The notes under the pieces are model-generated. The model was not told where the DNA came from and made no database searches. It was given only the letters and a program-made list of their open reading frames with translations. Positions 40,501 through 54,873 of a stretch of DNA of 64,000 bases are shown piece by piece (position 1 is the stretch's first letter; each line of letters starts with the position of its first letter). Source of the DNA: Phoronis australis. Lineage: Eukaryota; Animalia; Phoronida. The stretch lies in assembly GCA_002633005.1 (NCBI GenBank), contig NMRA01000381.1, positions 121,057 through 185,056 on the forward strand. Direction: 5' to 3'. The position numbers were made by a program, and so were the translations under genes.

Positions 40501-43500
40501 ATGCTCTTCAACAGCATTGTCTTCAAATTTGTATGTTTGCTTGGATTTAACGAGAGTGTCACACTAATTCTGGTGTGAGAGAGGGGGAAATTTACAGGGA
40601 TGAAATGCAATTTCTTACATTGTAAGACATTGTTGGATATTTTTGTGGCAACTGCATGATGCATATACAAGAAAACGCTAGTAAATATCATGGCATTAAA
40701 ATAACATACAAGAGTGCAGAATGCTGTCCCCTAATGTCTACTCATAAAGGATACTTTATTATATCATAACTTTATAGAAAAATGACTTCTGAAACTTCTT
40801 ACAATTTTAGGCGATTAAAATCGACTGGAATACTCCTGATGCCCATATTGTCCTGGCACTGAACTCACTTGTCATGATAACCAAGTGGTCTGAAGTAATG
40901 TCAGTTCATCCCAAGACCAGAGAGTCTTTCCCAGTAAGGAACAAGAAGAGACTGACTTCATGACAGTAAGTGACCTGATCAAAAATTGCTTTTTGACAAA
41001 AGGCGTGATTTTATTTCATATCTCAGTAAGATTCAGACTGGAACATTGGATACATCTGGAGACATAAAGAGAATTAGAGATTTATGCAGACATAATGAGA
41101 ATTAGAGATTCATGAAAACCAACTGAGCATGTTAACAATGCACCAACGATTGCTAATGAATAATAATGCAGGCATAAAAGAAATCAGTGGAGCAGAAATC
41201 TCCCTGTATAACAACTCAATAGATACCAGGAGTTTGCTTAAGGCAAACTGGATGCACTACAAAATATAGTTAATAAAAAGCAGACTGGGGCTAGTTACTA
41301 AGAAGGTATAAACAATCTTTTATGCCTTCTAGAATTTCTCTTGCCAGAAGTTCTCAACATATTTAATTGACAGCAATACCTTTGCTGCATTTGACGCCAA
41401 CCCATGTGTCAAAAGAAACATGTTTGGAAACTTGAGGGTTAGTAAAAACGTGTACAGCTAAGCATGTCTTTGAAGGCAACAAGCCACAAAAAGAACGCGC
41501 AAAGTAATAAGGCCTCATCTTTCCAAGAAACGATATAAACCAGTTTCAGTTCAGAGCATGGTATGTTCCAGTCACAGAACAGTAGAACATGACACCACAC
41601 CACTGAGCAATGATAATTTCGTGCCAGAAAATTATGAGTAAAATGTCAAAAAAACGCATTCAAGGGAACCCACTAGGTCAAGGGTTACAGATTGAGGGGG
41701 TTCCAAGATTTGGGGTTGTGAGGATTGAGGGGGTGTTTAGAACAACGCAGAATCAAGTCCAGCATGCCTCTCACAGTCAAGTCTGTTCGTACTTTCTGTC
41801 TCTGCTTCTAGTTTATCCTTGAGCAAGTAGTGACTCTTTATAAGAGCATTACCAGCCCTACAAATCTAACAAACCACACGTGAATGAAATCAGTAGCACT
41901 GCCAATCAGTACAAGCATCTACAAGCAGAAGTCACTGAATCAAATGGAAAAATGTGACACCAGTCCTTACCTAAACGAGAGTGTTACCTTTTAATGTATG
42001 TTGGTAAATTTGTTGTATTTTGTTTATTTTGAGTGAAAGGTATTTTGCATCTTTTTAGTTGATTTTTATACAAAAGGAAGTGAGACTGTAAGCAAGTTAA
42101 ACAATTCGAACACTATGTCTGACTAGCTACCATAAATCGCTGTTACATTACCCTAGTTAATTACTTGTTTCTGGCATCACAACTGAAGCCTAGGCAAATT
42201 GTTATGTAATTGGACTGGATGAAAACTGTGGGCACTCAGTCATTAAGTGCCGTGCAGTTATCACAACTGAAACTGATGGAAAACAGCTCTTATTCTATCA
42301 ACCACTTACGTTTTTGGAACTTGCTTGAGCTTTGTCACACTTCCAGTTTGAGGAACTCCTATTTTTATTAAATTATTTTTTCATAACATATCTTGAAAAG
42401 TTCAAAACACTGCTCATAGCAAGTGAAATATGCCAAATTGTCCAAAAGGGCTTTCAAAAAGGTAGAATTTTCCTTTAATCCATACTAATAGCCAATACAC
42501 AGAAACGCTCACATAAAATTATGATTTCTTTGGTCAGAAACCACTAAACTTGAGATTCAACAAAAAATTGACCAAATTTAAAGGTGCATGTTTGGTAAAA
42601 TTTAAGTACTGTTAAATGCAGTGTAAAAGAGTTTTTGAGATTTCCTCTTGAACAGTTATGTATCAAACAAAATTTGGTCATGTCATTGATATCGTTGTTT
42701 TGCTAGGAATGTACTTTTCTTTGTTTTTACAAATTTAATTAAAAAGACATGGTCACATAATCTAATTAATGGCAGATTGCTATAAAGTCAAAAATCAAAT
42801 TCTATTGTCTTTCTACTTTCAGAACGCATGTCACCTTTCACTGAGTCAAAATCCAGTTTTGTAGACATGCTCCAAAAGGTCTCTTCACCTGTGTCAAAAG
42901 TACAATATAGGCATTCAATAAAACCAACATAATGCTACAGGTCTGTTAAATTTACAATGAAGACCCAACCAAACATGCTTGTCATTTGTCAAGTCTTGGG
43001 AAAACCATTTTAACAGTTCTGATTTTCCAGTGTACTACAAGTATGACTGGGACAATTCAGTTGGTGTCCTCCTAGGTGAGTAATTCAGCTATGTGTGCTC
43101 ACATGTCATGAAATTGAGGTTTTAGGAAATGAAGACACTGTGGTTTCGTTTCAACTCAACATAGCACATGGTGCAGTCTGTGAATGATAACGCCATATTT
43201 CCTTGTGTGTAGGTATCATGATCTTATCACTATAATAAATGAAGTGTCTGTGCAGCCTTATCAACACATTTCAGGTTCAGCTGAATGAGGTACACATCAT
43301 ACAAGAGGATCCACAACATTGAATAAACTTTTCACACTTTCTCAAGTCACGATGTGCCAGAAGGTGGCAGCAGCATTTTGCTATAACTTAGCACGTCCAC
43401 TAATTGTGAGCCAATAGGAGCTTTCACTGGTAGTTTATATTCCTTTGAAACATGGCACAACAAGTAAGAAATTCCCTCTGTCTGGTTACAAAGAAAACAG

Positions 43501-46500
43501 CCAAGGAAAGAGTAACAAGTGTTGACAGACTCCACTGAACTCTCCTCCACACCATGGTAGGAGGGTGTCACAGTCAAAATCTAGACAACTAGGAAAATAG
43601 GTCCCAAGACAAAATCAAATGATAAACTTTGGGCAATACCGTACCCTCAGGTCACCACATTTATTGCCCCTTTTGTGGAGGTAACCACTTTTGTTTAACC
43701 TAACGGAGAAAATACCTGGACATATCCTTGATATCTACTGCAACACAACACGACAACGCTTACTTAGACGATCCTGAAATGGGTAAAGGAACCATCTGAG
43801 TTGGTACTTACAATGGTACAATGGTAAAATAAAAAACACAGTTGGCAAGATATTCATAGAACACGAAGAACCGTCTTGGGTCACAGACATAAAAGTTGCT
43901 CTTAACCAGAGCCACCTCAGCACAATAAAAGAAGTCATCTACAGTCATGTACACACAATGAGTAAAGTACATCCACAATACTACTAAACATTGCAACAAC
44001 TCCTTCCAATAGCAACTTGTTCTGAGATAACTGATATTGTGTGTGGCACTTGATGCAGAGCTTTAGCATGACTCAGGGCCACTAACAACTAGGAATATTA
44101 TGGATGTCACCTCTAAAGAAATAGTTCTATAATTTCCTTTTACTCCGGAGTGCCCTTCCCTTGATGGATCCCACCCTAAGAATGTTTTAATACAATTTCG
44201 ACAGGCATGCAGCTGAAAAATTAGGATTACTACCCATTTAGAGAGTGGTCTCAAAGAAAAGGATCCATTTGTAGGAATAATTGTCCATTTAAAAGGAATT
44301 TGTTCTAGAAACACCACCCTTTGTAGGTTTAATTCCATCAACCAATTGAAACCCTATATGTGCAGAATCTTGGACAGTGGTAGAAGCATAAGAAAAAATG
44401 CCATATTGTCAAAAATTTCAGGGGAGTCACGGACATAAAATGGAACATTCGCTTCCTATTTTATGAACTCCGAATCGACGAGACTCAATTCGATCTCAAT
44501 GCAAGTTGACACGCGAATAGGTTTCCCGAAATTGATTTTTATTGTCAAGTTGCGAAAACATTCGCCAAGTTGGCTGGCCTTAGCTCTACCATCGCCAGTG
44601 CCGCTCAGAATTCGCCAATGGCGAGCGGCTAGCGGCTAGGGCCAACCGAGCTATGGAAGGATTAAATCAAAAAAGGCACAGTTTCATTGGCCATTGTGTT
44701 GGAAAAGGCATCCTTTTGTTGGGAAACTTGTCATTAAAAAGTTAACGATCGAAGCAGCACAACCGTATACCTACCCTTTGAGAGTACCCCCCAGGTCCTC
44801 ACAAGTAGACACTGGTGTATCCTCTTAAAGACTTGAATTTTACTTACTGAACACACATCTCAGCAGTCATGAAAAGGAAATTCGAAAGAAAAATTGAGAT
44901 TTTTTAATGATGTCTAGAACTATTTTGAATGTCATTGAGTAATTTGTAAGTCAAAAATAAACATGGATTTAAGGGCTACTTGCAAAATATTTGCTGTTTG
45001 CAAGTCAAGTGTGCGACAAAAGGCGACAATGAAAGAGACTGTATCACAAAAACCCATCAATGAACAGTTTAGATTTTATAAGACAAGTTAATTACAGAGG
45101 AGCAGTTACACCGCCAACTCACTAAAACTAAACCATACCAGAATATTGTGCATCACTAGACAATACAGTAACTGCTCTACAATATCGCAAATTCTAATTT
45201 TACCAAAAACAATATTTTATCTTTCTGTTAATTAGAACATGGTGCAATGGCCACATTTTTACTTTCTATACACTCATACCCCTTCTGAATGCATCCTGAT
45301 CTATCGTATTTCTAAAATTATTTCAAAATTAGGCATTTTTATCTGTTTAAAAACAGTCAGCCGCTTTCCAACACCTTTCTGTTAATTCACACATTGGTTG
45401 CGGATGATTTGTTAACTTTCTATTCATTTCTTACATTGGCCTTTCCAGACAATCTATAGTTCATAATTCACTCAATCCTGTCTCTTGAAGAAAATAATTA
45501 TTTTATTTTGTGCGAATATGCAAAGTGATTCCTGTAATATTTCGTTCTTATGAGTGGCGAAATACAAGCAGTTTCACTCCCTGAAATGATAACAAAAACG
45601 GCACGCTATCTGCAAAGGGGTCATTTTCTCCAGCAGATAGTACGTTTCCTCACTACCCATGTAACTTTTAAACACTTTCACTAACTTAAACAATGTGGGG
45701 AAAAACAAAGGCCTCTTACCCTGCGCACAAGGTGTATACATTGAAGTAATGGCTACATAAGTGGTCGCGAAAATGCCAGCAGTTTTGTGGTACAACAAAC
45801 CTCCAGCAAAGCTGACCTTGGTGACCATTCCACATTACTGGCGTTTTTGCTGCTAGTCACAGAGCTAGCAAATTTGCTACCATTTTAACCAGCATTCCAA
45901 CCCGTATATACTAATAAGAGAATGTGATTGAAAACAATTCCATGATCGGAAGGTCTGACAATGAAGATTAAGAACTTGAGTGACAACATTTTGAATACAT
46001 TTTGGCTGATCTGCTATCAAGCACTGTCATTCTACTGCCTGACATTAACCGCTGAGTCCTTGACTCGATTGTTTGAGCACCGTATAGGGGCATATTTAGG
46101 TCCACAGGTCTACATGCGAAGCTGCATCTAAACCTAGAATTAGGTACATCTAAACGAGAACCATTTGAGAGTGATGGTTGGGATAGAATAATATGCCTAG
46201 ACACACTGCATGTTCATGTATTTAGTTTGAAACTGATTTTTAAATTTAAAATACTTATTTTTGTTTTTTAATTGAAAATTGTAGGCATGTTCAATGGTTT
46301 TACCGGGAATGTTAATTCAATGGGTTTACTCAATCAAACTTTTTTTTAATTTCCTTCCAAATGTCATACAGCATCCATGTCAGGTTCAACATTATCCAAA
46401 TCTTATGCTAACATGATTTGCACGCAAGTGGACAAGAAAGTGTGCACTGTTTACCACAAAGTATCCAGCGAAGTCCTCAGCACATCAAAGGTTTGATGTC

Positions 46501-47933
46501 ACCATCACAGATTGAAGTGAGCTATTCATGGGCTTGACTAATTGTGTTGGATGAGATAATTGTGGTCATAAACCAACACGCCCGTTTAGCGTAGGAGTTT
46601 CAAGTCAAAAAACGAACAATAAGTACGGCAAAATGACTGTTTTTTGAAATTGAAAAGTAAATAGTAGCCATTTTTAAATTTTTAAAATCAATGCTTTGTT
46701 CGAGAAATTAGCAAATCGGTTTTCTTCAACATCGCGGCTAAGCCACTAGCATTACTTTGTGAATAGATTAGGACAGGTTAGTCATAATTTGGTTTAGGGT
46801 CACTTTAACGTTGGAGTAACAAAGCGCCAAATGTTAGCGTAGGAGTTGTCTCATAATTAATAATGTACCAGTTTTGTTAATCCTTTATGAATATAAAAAT
46901 ACCAATGCCAGTTTTGCAACAGTTGGTCACTGACGTGTACTCTTGGCTGTTATTCCTACATAAAAATTCACAAGTGAGCCTAACAAAATGTTATCTTATT
47001 CATAACTTATAATTTAGGAAATTTGCTGTCAAATCAAATTCCATAAAAATGTTTCGCAGGGGCAAGATCATGCGCTTTTCTCAGGAATAATTAAGGCACA
47101 TACCTGTAACTATAACAAGTTATGCAAAGGACACGCGCCTGTGCCTTTAGGTGGAACTTAGGCACATGCATACATGCAAAACATTTAAGTAAACAATTTT
47201 CTTTGAAAATTTTGCATTATTTCACATATATAGGCGTAAATACAAGCATTAACGATAGTACTAATACAATTAATTTTTACAAAACCTCATTATCTAAATT
47301 TTAATTTCCAATAGCTTTAAAAAGTCAAAAATAAACTAATAGCTTTTTTCTACTAGATAGCATCCACATATTGGAACCCGTCTTGTGGCAAGACAGCAAT
47401 AGAGTAATACATGTACGAGTCCATGCATTTGTAGTTGTAGGGGGATTTGATCCAGCGAGAATTTCCAACTTATTTAGCCTACAAATTCTCTTCGACATCA
47501 CACCATCAAATTGCCAATATTGTGTGGTAGGATTTAACAAATGATTAACATGAAAATGTTCGCCTCAAAATAACTACGAATGAAAGAAATATTGAGCTTA
47601 TAAATCTCCACGTTAACTCCGCCGAACCAGCACCCCAGAATTAGATATTGGGTCAACTTAAAGGCACTTCCATGCTCTCACGAACACTAAAGAGATATTT
47701 GCTGGATTTTCTCTTCTTGAAGCAGACATTAAAGCGTACATAAACCTGCCTTCTAAAACAAAAAACAACTTTTGATTTTATCATTTTTAAAACCGCAATA
47801 CACTGGTCTCAGTCAATTTGGATGTGATTTTAGGGCTTAGAAAAAAGTGTCAGTTTGTCAGTGCTTGAGACCAGGCTCTTGCAAACCCACAAATCACTTC
47901 TAAACTAAGAAAAGAACAAGATGAGGCCAATAT

Positions 47934-48061
47934 CAGTGGCAGATTTAGATGCCCCCCCCACTCCCCTANGCAGTAGTCGGGGGTGCGAATGTCTGAGAGG
48001 CAAAATCCTGACTAATACTCTGCCTGGGACCCCCTAACTCAAAATCCTGGATCCGCCCCTG
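47934..48061. mobile_element. MITE (CAGGGGCGGATCCAGG-type ends, Harbinger-like) collapsed at the N at 47969
   Basis: Left end CAGTGGCAGATTTAG. Right end, reverse-complemented, is CAGGGGCGGATCCAGGATTTTGAGTTAGGGGG, which recurs with one mismatch at 51558-51589. Confidence 0.6.
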
Positions 48062-51000
48062 AATACAACAGTGGAACAAGGTCTTAAATCAAATTTGCTT
48101 TATGGACGGAACACAAATTTATAACCACTTAACCTTTTGTGAAATTTGACTTTTTAAAACAAAGAGTCTTTGGTACAATCAACCATAGTCCTGTAGTCGT
48201 GGTTGAATAAAAAATAATTCATGCTGTGGTGCTATGCATTTTGGAAGCACATGGAGAATTTAATGAACTCATGTTATGAAGGCCTAAACAAATTTTTATT
48301 CCACCATGCCAGATAGGCCTACTTCAACCTAACCCGACCGACCGGCCAAAAAGAATATTCAAAGGTTCATGTGAAGGTGTTTGTAGCAGACGACAATAAT
48401 TTCGAAGATGGACATTTACACACAAAACTAGAATTATTGATCTCGCCAGTTCGACGAATTCCACAAGCACCCTGTCAAGTGTAACAGATCATCTGACACA
48501 GATTTCCTCCCGAGTATGACACGCATATTAACCCGACCATGTCATGTTGCAGAATCCGATTAGACCTTTTCATGCTTTCAGGCGACAATTCTGTGATTTA
48601 GTTAACATTTCTCCATAGTATTCAACGCAGTAGTAACTTACCTATCGTCCCGAACGAGACATTTCAGCAATGGTTGAGATTGGGCGACGTTCAACTGATT
48701 CTATCAGGTTTTATGAGGTCTTTACGCTTGATGTGAACGCATGAGTAAACAGGCCACATATAGATTATTGCTACGAGCGCTGAAAGATACTTAAGGTATG
48801 TTTGAGGCTGAAATTTGATTTTAATTGATCTCAATATTGCAATTCTTATTAAAGTTTGCAAGAAATTAAAAAAATATTCTTGTATATACTGAAAGTATGC
48901 TGAAATTAAGAATTACTTGTGGATGATAGTGATTCCAGCCTTTTGATGTATATTGACACCCCCATAGCAAAGTTGACTGAACCTCAATTTAGTATTGGAT
49001 AACAGCAAGATTCAGTTGAGTGAGCCTTGACAAGCTTTATTCAGACTCAATGCCCAGCCAGGCGCAAATATGCATTGGCCTGGAAAGCTTAAATAATAAC
49101 GGACCTTTTGTGTGGTTTCTATTTCCTTTTTAATCGATAACAAAGGCCTTTTGTTAGGCCACTGAACATTAAGGAGTATAGATTATTTTTGGTGTAAAAG
49201 CTCTTATTTCACAACCGTTCACGTATGTAATAGGGATTTATAACTGAAGAACGTCAGGTACGAAAACAGGTGACTTTTGTGATGTCGTATAGGAAATAAA
49301 ATCAAACGCTTAATTCATAAGGCATGGCAAATGCTTTGCATCACCGTTTCCTAATGAGTTTGTGATGTCATGCATGAAGGGCTTATGAATAGCATGCCTT
49401 TTAATGATAAGCTGGTCGAGACGATTTATGTGCATTGGTTGTTAGTCATGCGAGAAAATATTTATATTATTCATGGTCTTATGTAATATTCTTCGTATGT
49501 ACACCAAATGAAAAGAGAAAACCACAATAAACCGACGCATAAATCATCTCTTGTCTAGGAACTCACCGGACCTTTTAGAAGCTCAATACTCAGTTCCTCC
49601 AATCACCTTGACTGCCTGGTCGTATTTTACAAAACAATCGGCAATGAGTTGGTGCTCTCTCAACCATATAAAGTTATTGCACTATAACCCTGGGCCAGCT
49701 TTAACTTGTACCACATTAATTGGGATTCTTATTTTGTTCACGTAAATGGAACATTCATAAAAACTCGGTGCAGTTGATATTCAGCTGAGTGCCGGATTGT
49801 TTGAATAGCTGAGTACGGAAGAAACAGATCCGGAAGTCCCATTACGTAGTGTAACTAATTTGGTCCCATTTTTAGGCAAGTAAATGTTGCTTCTACTACA
49901 ACTTTCCCCATGAAAAGCTATCGTGTCAGATGGTTGTTGGGGATGGCGACTTTTGTGTGACGTTCCTCTACCAATGCTGACGGATGTAAAACACAAAGTA
50001 CAGCACTTAACAAAGAGCAAGTGCGAGATTCGTGCACAAAGGTAATACACGCATACTAAGTTTGCGTACTTCGTTGAATGGTCCGACATAAAACTAATTA
50101 TGTAACCTAGCTACTTTAATAGCAGAGTACAACTTATTACTCTTATTACTCTGAAATCTGGGGTATTTTTCGACATTTTTTTCACTTCATGAAATAAAAC
50201 CATGCAAAATCACACCTCGCACTTGTGCGTTGCCCATTATCCCCTGGTCATTTTCAAACTCTTTTCAGTTATATTGCTTATGCATAATTGAACATTTTCA
50301 TGTTGGTACCAGTTATTGTTTGAAGTTACCTCCATCTCATAATACTTGGTAGGACACTTGTTATTTTTTAAATTCATTTTTGCATGAGACCCCGCGGATG
50401 AGGAAAAAGTAAACCCAATACATTCAGCGTTTGATTAGATGAAATTTCAGACGTTCAGTGTAAACGGCGAGCGCGAGCAAAAACAATCAACTGGAATTAG
50501 ATGATGATCAAACGGTTCCGCTTCAAGTAACCGAGCTTTAATTGTTTCTATGGCTTCCGGCAAACTCTTCGGAGTCTTAACGTAGCCAACAATGACGGAC
50601 ATAATGCCGCAAGCAGGTGTTGACACGCCAAGACAGTTTAAGACTAACCAAGGAGTTCATCACATGTTATTTTACGTACTTGAGTCCTATATACGTGCTG
50701 CAGCACTCTGCTGTGTCGTATAAAAAGGGAATTCCAGAAAATTTTCAGGTTGGCGCATGACGCCAAATTGCTCAGCCACCGTGACGGCTATGGCTGGACA
50801 GCGGCAAAAGACGCGCCGCGATTGGAACTTGAATGTTGGGGTCCACTGACTCGGTAAGCCTACCTGTAGGTCAAATCATTACTTTATATGCAAAACAACA
50901 TTAATTGTTTGCGTGACTTTCCTGTTACCCGCCTTCATTAGTCATTCTTTGAAGTATTTCACACCCGCCGTGTCCCACTGTCAAGCCTAAAGGTACCTAA

Positions 51001-51557
51001 ACTACATGGTCAACGGACTCAAAAACACGGGAACGGACGCATGAACACGACTCACGTACCGGCAAACACCGTCCACTGACTCACAAACACGGGAACGGAC
51101 TCACAAAACACGATCCACGCACCCAAATACACTGTGTGTGTCATCAGCTTATGCTCTATGGTGGCATTACTGCGGCATATCTTCGCTTGAGAATGAAACA
51201 AGTATGTTTCGAAATATCGTGTGCCTTTTAATTATGTCGCTGGGTCAGTTACTTATTCCGTTGAGAGTAGAGTTTTATTACGAAGATATGAGCGTAACGG
51301 AATAAAGACTGTGAACAATGAAAAGTGTCATGTGTTCATTCAATTCTGTATATCCGGCGAAAACAACATAAAAATAATAAATTTTGCTGGTATGCGTCGT
51401 TTACTTTATGGTTCCATTCTTATGTCATGGATAGGCTAGTTTGAACCCCCATGGCCAGGAGTGCTTTCAGTAACGCTAGGACCTACGCTATGGCCTAGCT
51501 AAAATCTAGCTAAAGTCTAGCTAAAGTCACGTGTTCTCACTTAAAATATACGGCAGT

Positions 51558-51589
51558 CAGGGGCGGATGCAGGATTTTGAGTTAGGGGG
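51558..51589 (+). mobile_element. Terminus of a second copy of the same MITE family
   Basis: 31/32 match to the reverse complement of 48030-48061; the opposite end was not found. Confidence 0.55.
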
Positions 51590-54500
51590 GCCAGGGCACG
51601 GGAATAACCAGGCCGGCCTCGAATGTTTGGGGTTGCGGACCTTTTGACTAAAAAAAAAGGTAAACGCGGTTTGTTCAGTTTGTTCAGGGCCTATGCGTTG
51701 TTTATTCACCCCCGACGAGACCCTGCTTGCGCGCACTCGAACTCCCAAGTGGTATCTGGTAGAATTTGTAAGTCTTGCTTTTTAGCGAGGTCCTAGCTGA
51801 GCGGGAGGCAGATCTACAGTCAGGGGCCGCGGTGTCCAACTCCTTTTCACAGATGACGCAGTAGGCAAACGCCGACTTTGGGTCGCGATCTTTCGGTCTG
51901 CTCTCCATTTATAGTTGGCTTTCACCAGGCGAATTTAGGGACAAGTCACGGCTAAATCCGCTACTACAGCGTGTCTGACTATGAATGAAAGCCATGTTTT
52001 AAGACACCAACTGAGGGTACCTCTGGAGCGTGACCCGGGGGGCTTGGGACTGGGAAAACATGTCAACCGAGAACTAAGCAGCAGCCCAACAAGAGCTACA
52101 ATGGCATTCAGTTTTAAAGCGCCCGGCCGACCACTCTTCGTTAGGAGGCGCTGTGGCGTAATGTTGCCCAACTAGCAACGGCAGCAGTGCCGAAACATAG
52201 CACCCTCGACGGTTTGCACTAGACCTATAGGCTGCCGGGCAACTTTTTCAAGCCCGTTTTCACTAAATAGCCATTATTTTCGTGCATTCCTTTTGGTGAT
52301 ACGGACGTCTAACTTTATCTTTTAAAGCGTTTTCGTGAATTTGGCCATATTCCACTTTTGATAAAAGGCCGCGTTTCTCATAACACGGTCGAGGGCGTAT
52401 TCATTTGGCGGCAAATTGATCAACCTACACGGCAAAAATGGCACTGGCGAAGGAAAACTAAGTAAAAGGTAATGTTATTTTACGCAATTAATTTGATGAG
52501 AAAAGATGCCCGAGACTATCTCTGGCCGGGCATTTCGTCGAGAGCTTTGAGACCTGAGACCGTTTACCACGATCGACCGGCCGGGTCCGACTCGCTAAAG
52601 CAGACGGCGCATCTTGCAGTTGTGATGTCAAAATTACAACGGCACTCACGCGAATGAACATCATGCAGCCCCCAATAATTTGCAGGCGTCGGAACCGTGG
52701 CAACCGGCATAGGCGTGGTGTCAAGAGGACGTTCTTTGTCAACCACCAGTACTACCCACGACCTTTGCGGGTACGGCCAGGACATTGTTGTTAGGCGGTC
52801 CCATTTTAGTGCAGCTCGGATCGTCTAAACGAAACGTGGAAACGTGAACCTACTCATCAACACGTATTTCGGAGAGACTTGTAAAGCACACGGTCTTTTG
52901 CAGAGCACATTAATTCGATGGATGCCGGGTCTAAATTCAAGAAGACAGTGTAGTAGGCACCCATCCCTGGCAATTAGAGATAATGGAGTGATCTGTCGCA
53001 TGTCACTAATGAGAACCTGATAAGCCAATCATCAATTGCTGCTCATCTCAGATGAGTCCTGTTTTTTTTTTTAATTATAGAGCCATCTCATGGAGCCTAG
53101 CTCTTAGAGGGAGCCCGTTGACGGCATCCGTGTGGCCACACGTGTTTTAATTGATAACTTCTTAAGGAGCCTTTCACGGTGAGAGGGTCCATTCAGTTGA
53201 TGGAATAGATTGCCTCCATTTTTCTGTTTTGTGAAATCGTACAAACTTTTATGTTAAGGAAGGTCTCTTCTTGGAGAGTCACACGGTGATGGAATCAATT
53301 TGTATTTTAATGATATTTGCCTTTCACAGGCGGGGTCCTTTCTCGGAAGGGCGGTCCATGGCCTTTGCCTCTTTGCCCCTCTATTATTCTGAATAGTCAA
53401 CTATTCACGAGGGGAGGAAGGTAAGATCTTAAATTCATCTAAAGGCACAAAGCAACATCGTACAACGCAGAGCAATATCAAGACATTCACACCCAAACAA
53501 CCAATCGTCAATGATTGTATTGAAAATGCAATAGAATAAACCTCCTTAGAAAGATGAAAAGTTTGGAGTATTTGAAGATGGTGCTGATTAACACAAAAGA
53601 AATATTTCCGACAAAATAACGATACTTTTTTCCATGACATAACATAAGAATAGTATTCTTTTGAAGATCGTTACTGGGAGTTGTTTGTAAAAAGTCGCAA
53701 TGTCGAACAGACTGCTGTCGGGATACGACTTTTGATGACCGTGTACAGAACGAGTACATGTGCAATGGATTGAGCTACTTGAAGTACTGTACATGGCAAT
53801 CATAAACAAAAATTTCAGTAATTTTTGAAGTTCAAATTTAACTCATAAACCGTGATAGCTACCTTTGGAATGAACCAGAGTACAATGAGGCATGGAACGT
53901 GAAAACTCGTCAGAAATATCTTTTAAACAATTCATGACGTAAGTACCCTCTCGCAATGTCCACTTCAGAGTTATTCACTTTCCCCCGTGAGAGAATTTCC
54001 AGAAAAATCACAAAATTTGGAAAAATCGACGAAGTGACGAGCAGTTGACAGGTCGTTTTTTCTGAAATTCTAAACTAAAAGAAAATGCTTTAACAACGAC
54101 AGAAATTCAAATCTTTTACGAACGAACCGTAAAAATACCTCATGACCAGGTTGAATTTTGTTTCAGTGGCAGAGCACCACTCAGTAATGAATTATGTAAC
54201 TTAGTTTGTTTTTTTGGGTTCCATGTCTTGTTAACACGAATAATAATTTCTTGGGGGACACCAAAACCGCACATTCTTCCGGTTGCCTGTCAAGAAACAG
54301 CAAACATGCCTTTGGTAATTATTTGTAATATTTTGATTTAATAATTAACGAATTCGTTGATTTTTGATTTACATCGATTGTTTATGTATCTTCGAAAATT
54401 TCTGATTCGTTTATGTTTTTTTAACTATTAGGAAGTAATTTTGTAAGATTTGATGATGCTTGAGTGAACTTAGCAGAGGACTGAAGTTTGAAAAATCTCT

Positions 54501-54808
54501 ATCACCCGATTCCTAATTACCTAAGTAAACTAGACGATTTGTGTTTATCCGAAATAACTCTCAAAGAAATTGATAAAATTCGGACACTTCTACAGGGTGT
54601 CCAAAAATGTGTTCTAAATCCAAGTTACAATAAAGGCATTGTTTATTGACTTAGTGGTTTAAATTCACGATCAGGAGATCGGAAAGGAATTAAGTTTTCA
54701 AATCAAATTAGGCGCATTGCTCACTCACTGGGGAAGAATTTGCGACCGCGCCATAGGGGGGTGGGGGGCCTAAACCCCCACTTATTTGAGTGCTGCGCCA
54801 CCCATAGA

Positions 54809-54873
54809 CATAGGCGGCCCATCCGATAGGAGGCTGGGGGCTATAGCCCCCACTTATTTCAGCGCCGCCCATG
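54809..54873. mobile_element. Short GC-rich MITE remnant
   Basis: Inverted ends CATAGGCGGC...GCCGCCCATG, preceded by a partial tandem copy (cataggggg...cccccacttattt). Confidence 0.4.
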
